Part shown: one piece after another, positions 58,201 through 64,000 of the stretch
Position numbering within the stretch: the stretch's first letter is position 1
How the letters are laid out: every line of letters starts with the position of its first letter
Source of the DNA: Candidatus Eiseniibacteriota bacterium
GTDB taxonomy: Bacteria; Eisenbacteria; RBG-16-71-46
Length of the DNA stretch: 64,000 nt
NCBI GenBank assembly: GCA_963717505.1
Contig: OY970342.1
Span: 2,816,001 to 2,880,000 of the forward strand
Reading direction: 5' to 3'
Notes under the pieces: model-generated
Seen by the model: only the letters and a program-made list of their open reading frames with translations
What the model was told of the DNA's origin: nothing
The model's database searches: none
Program-made: the position numbers and the translations under genes

Positions 58201-58241
58201 GTATCTGGACGACTTCTGGCCCGGACTTTCGGAGGTGCGGA

Positions 58242-58763
58242 GTGGCTCGGCTGGCGAAGGTGGGCATCGTGGTGGGTGGCTATGTCGCGGCTGTGATTGC
58301 CGCGGTGATCGCGGCTCAGCTCTACAACGCACGCATGGCCGCCATGCCGTACGACACTTCGGGCGGCATGTATGCCGGCGGCGAGGCGATCACCTCGCTG
58401 GCGGTGTTCCTGATGGTCGCGCTGGTGCCGACCCTGCTGGCGCTCTGGTTCCTGCGTGGCAATGAGAGATTCTGGAACACGGTGGCGGTGGCGTCGCTCG
58501 TGTTTGCCGTCGTCGGGTTCGTGGCGGTCCTCAGCCCCATGGTGCTCCAGAATGCGACTCGATCCATCGCTGGCCTGATCATGGAACTGGTGAGGGTCTC
58601 GCACCTGTTGGGGGCGCCGTTCTGGTTTGTGGCCTTCGTCCTGTTCGCCTTCCTCGCCCCCTCCCGACTGGCCCGGCGCACGCTGGTGGCGGCGATCGGC
58701 GTCGAGTTCGTGACCGGGGTCTGTGTTGCCGTGCATTGGTTCCTGCCCCGACCCCCCTGGTGA
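58242..58763 (+). CDS. Hypothetical membrane protein (about 5 TMs)
   Basis: GGAGG RBS, GTG start, hydrophobic segments and a SGGMYAGGE loop. Confidence 0.7.
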   Translation: MARLAKVGIVVGGYVAAVIAAVIAAQLYNARMAAMPYDTSGGMYAGGEAITSLAVFLMVALVPTLLALWFLRGNERFWNTVAVASLVFAVVGFVAVLSPMVLQNATRSIAGLIMELVRVSHLLGAPFWFVAFVLFAFLAPSRLARRTLVAAIGVEFVTGVCVAVHWFLPRPPW

Positions 58764-58835
58764 GGCGCAGTCCCATGGCCTCCAGTTCGCAAAAAATGAA
58801 CTTGACTTTAGGATTCGGTTATTGAAAATCGATGT

Positions 58836-59189
58836 ATGCCTCAGCAGATCGTAGGTAGACGCAGACGGCCCCTTGAAGAATCCGGGCGCTGGGCCCACCT
58901 CCTGGACGGTGAGGACCTCGCCTTCCTCAAGCGATTTCTACTGGCCTCCGGCTCGCAGAAGGACTTGGCCCAAACCTATGGTGTGAGCTATCCCACCATC
59001 CGGCTTCGGCTTACGCGTCTGATCGAAAAAGTTCGAGTGCTCGACGATCAGGAGATTGCCAGTGAGTTCGAGCGTGTGCTGCGCTCCCAGTTCGCCGAGG
59101 GAAAGCTCGACATGACCACCCTCACAACCCTGCTCACCGCTCATCGAGCGGAGCTCGAGGACCATGAGACTCCTAACCGCCCTGCTTAG
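58836..59189 (+). CDS. DUF2089 family HTH protein
   Basis: EDLAFLKRFLLASGSQKDLAQTYGVSYPTIRLRL; AT-rich upstream region with TTGACT-N16-GAAAAT. Confidence 0.85.
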   Translation: MPQQIVGRRRRPLEESGRWAHLLDGEDLAFLKRFLLASGSQKDLAQTYGVSYPTIRLRLTRLIEKVRVLDDQEIASEFERVLRSQFAEGKLDMTTLTTLLTAHRAELEDHETPNRPA

Positions 59190-60012
59190 TGCCGTCTTGC
59201 TGACGTCCACTGCCCGAGCCGAGCAGATCCTCCGCTCAGTGGAGTGGACGGAGCTGAGCCTAGCCAGCCAGTTGCAGAGCGGGCGAATCACGGCCGAAGA
59301 CGAGCTCGAACTCGAATCGGGCACGCCAACGACCCTAACTATCTTCGAACTCTCGGGTCCCGGGATTACCTCACCGGTCTTTGCCCTCATCGGGGAAGTG
59401 CGCTGCGACCAACTCGGCGGCCAGGGCTATCTCGAGATGTGGAGTCATTTCGGGGAAGAGGCCTATTTCAGCCGCACCTTGGGTCGCGGACCCGTGGCGC
59501 CGCTCGCGGGAACTTCGAACTGGAGGCCGTTCGTGGTCCCCTTCAACAATCGTCCAGAGAGTCCGCCTCCGGATCGAATATCGTTCGGTGTCCATCATCC
59601 GGGAGGGGGAAGGGTTCTGCTGCGTTCGGTGCAGCTGGTGCAGTACGCCCCAAGCGAAGATCCATTGCGCTCCAAGGGTCAGTGGTGGTCGGAGCGCCAG
59701 GCAGGATGGCTGGGCGGGACCGCGGGCTCTTTGGTCGGTGCTCTCGGCGCGCTGATCGGCGTACTCGCGAGCGCCGGAAAAGGACGCCGTGTCGCCTTCG
59801 GCGCCCTTCGCATGATGCAGGCGATCGGTGCCATCGCACTGGTGTCGGGCGTCGTGGCCGTCGTACGGGCTCAGCCCTACGCCGTGTTCTATCCACTTCT
59901 CCTGGTCGGCGTTCTCGCCTCGGTATTGCCGCTCACGCTGGCGCCGACGCTGCGAAAACGCTTCGAAGACTCCGAGCTACGCCGGATGTCCGCGCTCGAT
60001 GCGGGGAAGTGA
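59164..60012 (+). CDS. Hypothetical protein: signal peptide, jelly-roll-like domain and 3 C-terminal TMs
   Basis: Overlaps the DUF2089 gene; GYLEMWSHF and YFSRTL; ends ELRRMSALD. Confidence 0.72.
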   Translation: MRLLTALLSAVLLTSTARAEQILRSVEWTELSLASQLQSGRITAEDELELESGTPTTLTIFELSGPGITSPVFALIGEVRCDQLGGQGYLEMWSHFGEEAYFSRTLGRGPVAPLAGTSNWRPFVVPFNNRPESPPPDRISFGVHHPGGGRVLLRSVQLVQYAPSEDPLRSKGQWWSERQAGWLGGTAGSLVGALGALIGVLASAGKGRRVAFGALRMMQAIGAIALVSGVVAVVRAQPYAVFYPLLLVGVLASVLPLTLAPTLRKRFEDSELRRMSALDAGK

Positions 60013-60138
60013 GAACGCCGTCGACAAGTTGACTTGACCGAGGGTCGTCGAGGAGTAGTAGCATTTCCCACAGCCTGAGCCTCGTCGGACCGCCACGTGC
60101 GCCGCACCTCTGGCGCCGCGGCACGGGAGGACTTGCTC

Positions 60139-62697
60139 GTGCACCCTCGCTCATCGGCATCACAGGCTGGTGTTTCTCTGGGCCGGATCCTCAAGTCCCG
60201 GATTGCGGTGGCCATCGCATTGCTGGGCCTGCTGCCCGCTTGGCGCCATGCGCGGGCCTCCGATGGCTTCGGACCAAAGACGGATTTCCCGGCCGGAACG
60301 GGTCCCAATCAGGTCGGGACCGGCGACTTGAACGCCGATGGCAAGCTGGACCTGGTCGTCGCGAACAACATATCTCCCGGGGCCGTCTCGGTCCTGCTCG
60401 GCGACGGCGCCGGTGGGTTCGGCACGAATACCGCATTCGTTACTGGCGACGGATCCTCGTCGGTGGCGATCGGGGATCTGGACTTCGACGGCAAGCCCGA
60501 TCTGGCCGTGACGAATCACCTGTCCGCCAGCGTTTCGGTGTTGATCAACAACACGCCTGCCGGCGGGGCAACACCCTCGTTCACGCGGATCATCCCCGAC
60601 TTCCAGACCGGAGACGGTCCGAACGAGGTCGCCATCGGCGACATGAACCGAGACGGCAAGCCCGACCTGGTGACGGTGAATTCCTTTGCCGGGACGGTCT
60701 CGGTGCTGATCAACGCCACGCCGGTCGGAGGCCCCGCGGACTTCCTGAGATTGAACCCCGATGCCGCGGCTGCGAACGGCCCCACTTCGGTTGCGATCGG
60801 GGACCTGGACCGCAACGGCATGCTCGACCTGGCGGTCGCGAACCATTTGTCCAACGATGTTTCCGTGCTGCTGGGCAATGGGGACGGCACCTTCGGGCCG
60901 CACAGCGAGTTCGGGATTGGTCCCGAGTGCTACTCGGTCGCCATCGGCGACCTCAACCGCGACGGCATTCCGGATCTGGCGACCGCCAGTTACGCGACCC
61001 AGAGCATTTCGGTGCTGATCGGCAATGGTGACGGGACTTTCGGTGCCAGGAGCGACATCGCCACCGGTAGCCCCTCCACCGCAATCGCGATCGGGGACCT
61101 GAACCAGGACGGCAAGCTCGACCTTGCCGTGACCCACGATGTGCCCCTGGTCTCGGTGCTGCTCGGCGTCGGAAACGGCACGTTCGGATCCCACGCCGAT
61201 TTCACGACCGGGGATGTCCCCACTTGGGTCGCCGTCGGCGATGTCGACAGGGAGGGCCGGCTCGATCTCGTGGTCGCCAACGCGAGTTCCGCCACGGTCT
61301 CAGTGCTGCTCAACAACCTGTCCCAGGAAACGGGACCTCTTGCGTTCGTGAATACCGCGCCGCCCGTGGGACCAGGGAGTCTTCCGATAGACGTTGCCAT
61401 TGGCGACCTGAATCGCGATGGGAAGCTCGACCTGGCCGTCGGCAGCGCACAGTCGCGCATTGTTTCCGTGCTGCTCGGGGACGGCGAAGGCGCGTTTTCC
61501 CCGTACAGCATCTTCGGGACCGGCGGGGAATCGTACTCGGTCGCGATTGGCGACCTGAATCTCGATGGCAAGCCGGACTTGGTCACGGCGAACGCCTTCT
61601 ACAACACAGTGTCGGTTCTGCTCGGGAACGGGGACGGCACGTTCGGGCCCTATGGCGATTTTCCGGTCGGGAACTTCCCGTACTCGGTGGCCATCGGGGA
61701 CGTGAATCGTGACGGCATTCCGGATGTCGCCGTGGCCAACCAAAGCGCAAGCACCGTCTCGGTACTGCTCGGGATTGGGAGTGGCACACTGGGCTTGAAC
61801 ATCGATTACGAGACTGGAGCGTCGCCGTATGCGATCGCGATCGCGGATCTGAATGTCGACGGCAAGCCCGACTTGATGAGCGCCAACATCGAGGCGAGCA
61901 CCGTCTCGGTGCTGCTCGGGAACGGGGACGGCAGCTTCGCGCCGAAGGAGGACTTCGCGACCGGTTTCGAACCTTCCTCTGTGGCCGTCGGCGACCTGAA
62001 CGGCGACGGCCGGCCCGACTTGGCCGTGGCAAACTCCAACGCTCCGGGCATCACCTACACGCTCTCGGTACTGCTCAACACCACGCCGCCGGGAACCGCA
62101 CCCGCTACATTCTCGCCCCAGAGCGAATTGCCGAGCGAGAGGACGTATTCGGTTGCGATCGGCGACCTGAATGGCGATGGCAAGCTCGATCTCGCGACGG
62201 CGAACTTGTCCCCGTCCATTTCGGTGCTGACGGGTTTCGGAGACGGCTCGTTCGCTCTACCCAACGATTTCCCTGGCTGGAGCAGCTTCAAGACGGTCGC
62301 GCTCGGGGACCTGAACCGAGACGGCAGGCTCGACGTTGCCGCCTCGACGTTTGGCAGTGATGTGGTATCCGTTCATCTGAACACGACTCCGACGGTCGAC
62401 GCGCCCGCCGGAGCAATCCCTTCCGAGTTCGTGCTCGGACCGTTGATCCCGAACCCGAGTCATGGGGAGATACGCGTGCCGTTTGCGTTGCCGCGGGAGA
62501 TGAACGTTCGAGTCAGCGTGCTCGACGTGGCGGGCCGAAGCGTTGCGCTGTTGGCGGACGGCGTCCTTCCCGCGGGGCGACACGAGGTCGAATGGGGTGG
62601 CGCCGGGCAGGAAGGTCAGGCGCCGTCGGGAATCTACTTCGTGTGCTACCAAGGCAACGGCAAGACGTTCGTCCGCCGGTTCGTGATGGTGCGGTGA
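60139..62697 (+). CDS. Secreted FG-GAP/VCBS repeat protein (14 repeats) with FlgD-Ig/T9SS-like CTD
   Basis: 14 GDLNxDGxxDL Ca-binding repeats arranged 7+7 around a linker; CTD PNPS...DVAGRSV...PSGIY; GGAGGA RBS. Confidence 0.9.
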   Translation: MHPRSSASQAGVSLGRILKSRIAVAIALLGLLPAWRHARASDGFGPKTDFPAGTGPNQVGTGDLNADGKLDLVVANNISPGAVSVLLGDGAGGFGTNTAFVTGDGSSSVAIGDLDFDGKPDLAVTNHLSASVSVLINNTPAGGATPSFTRIIPDFQTGDGPNEVAIGDMNRDGKPDLVTVNSFAGTVSVLINATPVGGPADFLRLNPDAAAANGPTSVAIGDLDRNGMLDLAVANHLSNDVSVLLGNGDGTFGPHSEFGIGPECYSVAIGDLNRDGIPDLATASYATQSISVLIGNGDGTFGARSDIATGSPSTAIAIGDLNQDGKLDLAVTHDVPLVSVLLGVGNGTFGSHADFTTGDVPTWVAVGDVDREGRLDLVVANASSATVSVLLNNLSQETGPLAFVNTAPPVGPGSLPIDVAIGDLNRDGKLDLAVGSAQSRIVSVLLGDGEGAFSPYSIFGTGGESYSVAIGDLNLDGKPDLVTANAFYNTVSVLLGNGDGTFGPYGDFPVGNFPYSVAIGDVNRDGIPDVAVANQSASTVSVLLGIGSGTLGLNIDYETGASPYAIAIADLNVDGKPDLMSANIEASTVSVLLGNGDGSFAPKEDFATGFEPSSVAVGDLNGDGRPDLAVANSNAPGITYTLSVLLNTTPPGTAPATFSPQSELPSERTYSVAIGDLNGDGKLDLATANLSPSISVLTGFGDGSFALPNDFPGWSSFKTVALGDLNRDGRLDVAASTFGSDVVSVHLNTTPTVDAPAGAIPSEFVLGPLIPNPSHGEIRVPFALPREMNVRVSVLDVAGRSVALLADGVLPAGRHEVEWGGAGQEGQAPSGIYFVCYQGNGKTFVRRFVMVR

Positions 62698-63212
62698 CGA
62701 ACCTCACCGACACGTTGTGCACGACCTGCGGCCTGTGCTGCGACGGGTCCTTGCTGGCCGACGTCGAGCTGAAGGGCCGGGCTGAAGCCACGAAGCTCGA
62801 GGTCATGGGGCTCGACATCGAAGACGACGGAGAAGGCCGCTGGCTGATGTCCTTGCCCTGTCGTGCGCTGCAGGGGACGCGTTGCGGAATTTACGCGCAC
62901 CGCCCCGGCTGCTGCCGAACCTTCGAGTGCCGCTTGCTGCAGGACGTGCGGCACGGTGCCGTCGGCGTAGACGAAGCCAAGAGTCACATCGCGGGAGCGC
63001 TTGGACGGATCGCGCGGGTCAAGGAACTGATCCTGCAGCTGGGGCAGCGCGACTCAGGCCTTCCCTTGAGGGAGCGCTGTGCTGAGGCGCTCGCCCGAGA
63101 AGCCGGCGCAACCCCCGAGATGATCCAAAAGCGCGCCGAACTGGATGCCGAGATGTCCGCCCTGGACAAAGTGATCCGGAGGACGTTCCTGGACGAACGG
63201 GAGCCCGGGTAG
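62694..63212 (+). CDS. YkgJ family cysteine-cluster protein
   Basis: CTTCGLCCDG...PCRAL...CGIYAHRPGCCRTFEC; GTGA overlap with the upstream gene. Confidence 0.85.
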   Translation: MTNLTDTLCTTCGLCCDGSLLADVELKGRAEATKLEVMGLDIEDDGEGRWLMSLPCRALQGTRCGIYAHRPGCCRTFECRLLQDVRHGAVGVDEAKSHIAGALGRIARVKELILQLGQRDSGLPLRERCAEALAREAGATPEMIQKRAELDAEMSALDKVIRRTFLDEREPG

Positions 63213-63263
63213 GAGTATCGGGCGAGATCGTTAGCCCCGTCCGCGCTGTTTCCGCGGTACGCC

Positions 63264-63467
63264 TCAGTCCGGAGCGTTTTCGTCCGTCCCGGGGTCCTGA
63301 TCCTCTAGCCCCGCGGTGAGTTCTTCATCATTGCCCTCGTCGGATGCGCCTTCCGACTTCCGGTTTTCGCGACGCGCTTGCTTGGCGGCACGTTTCGCCA
63401 GCGCTCGGGCGGCTCGTTGCTGTTCCTTCTGACGTTTTAGAAACGTTGGAGCACCTCTACCTGCCAT
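63264..63467 (-). CDS. Small protein with basic N-terminus and acidic C-terminus
   Basis: MAGRGAPTFLKRQKEQQR...; GAGG RBS. Confidence 0.65.
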   Translation of the reverse strand: MAGRGAPTFLKRQKEQQRAARALAKRAAKQARRENRKSEGASDEGNDEELTAGLEDQDPGTDENAPD

Positions 63468-63549
63468 CTGTTTGACCTCGCCGTTGGGGTGAATGAACTC
63501 ACAAAATACAGGACTCGCCGCGGAAATGCGATAGGGCGCGGGGAGGGGC

Positions 63550-63577
63550 TTGCATCCCTAGAACTGCTATGTATACT
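63550..63577 (+). promoter_or_regulatory. Sigma70 promoter of the padR gene with an overlapping imperfect palindrome
   Basis: TTGCAT-N16-TATACT; spacer contains CCTAG-N5-CTATG. Confidence 0.55.
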
Positions 63578-63618
63578 GGGACCGGTCATTGGGCAGCACC
63601 CCACGCGAGGACGACGCC

Positions 63619-63945
63619 ATGGCGCCATCGAAAGATCTCGTCGCTGCCTCCGCGATTCCCCTGATCCTCTCGATTCTGCAGCGCGGCGACAGCTACGGCT
63701 ATGCCATCATCCAGCACGTTCGGGAACTCTCGGGTGGCGAGATGGAATGGGCCGACGGCATGCTCTACCCGATTCTTCACCGCCTGGAAAGACGCAAGCT
63801 GGTGCGTTCGTACTGGGGCGAGGCCGGGAACGGCCGCAAACGAAAGTACTACCGGCTCCACCGTTCGGGCGTGGCGGAACTCTCGGCCCAACGAGCCCAC
63901 TGGGACCGACTCCACCGCATGCTGCTCCAACTCGAAGGAGGCTGA
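63619..63945 (+). CDS. PadR family transcriptional regulator
   Basis: SYGYAIIQ, GMLYPILHRLE and RKRKYYRL. Confidence 0.93.
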   Translation: MAPSKDLVAASAIPLILSILQRGDSYGYAIIQHVRELSGGEMEWADGMLYPILHRLERRKLVRSYWGEAGNGRKRKYYRLHRSGVAELSAQRAHWDRLHRMLLQLEGG

Positions 63946-63948
63946 TCC

Positions 63949-64000
63949 ATGTTCGATCTGGAGAAAGAGGTCGCGGCCTGGGCGCGGTCGGTGCACGCCG
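63949..64000 (+). CDS. N-terminus of a PadR-associated protein (permease-prefix-like); truncated by the window end
   Basis: GGAGG RBS, then MFDLEKEVAAWARSVHA directly after padR. Confidence 0.55.
   Translation, partial: MFDLEKEVAAWARSVHA

Noticed and set aside
60029-60064. Sigma70 promoter TTGACC...TAGCAT before the FG-GAP gene
   Set aside because: The 19-nt spacer is suboptimal, so support is insufficient.
55800-62400. Repeat regions as DGR, VNTR or CRISPR-like DNA repeats
   Set aside because: The repeats are conserved at protein level with diverged codons. There is no reverse transcriptase and no adenine-specific TR/VR pair.

Overview
High-GC bacterial chromosomal window with about 50 densely packed CDSs. 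I found no rRNA, tRNA, CRISPR array, IS element or prophage. Seven secreted proteins end in a FlgD-Ig/T9SS-like C-terminal domain, and one ends in an 'SWGxVKxxYR' tail, which suggests an FCB-group candidate-phylum genome such as Ca. Eisenbacteria (inference). Core functions: end of a gamma-glutamyltransferase, fused 2-oxoacid dehydrogenase E1, ROK kinase, miaB/queF, glyoxylate shunt (aceB-aceA), aquaporin, APC permease-cstA, yqjD/E/K, MgtC-like protein and PadR. Signalling: two membrane GAF-SpoIIE phosphatases and two Ser/Thr kinase-TPR proteins. The secretome includes S8, M28, S41-like, M15 and S45 hydrolases, a phytase, a purple acid phosphatase and two 14-repeat beta-propeller proteins. Frameshifts occur only in the most conserved housekeeping genes and are probably assembly artefacts. 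Most interesting signals: (1) a candidate sigma54 organic-phosphate operon whose two unrelated enzymes end in the same orphan 'DxTPPAAITDL' tail; (2) three distinct candidate C-terminal sorting tags in one window; (3) a secreted subtilase lacking its catalytic His and Ser; (4) recurring sigma28-like promoters before non-flagellar genes, plus several apparently leaderless genes.
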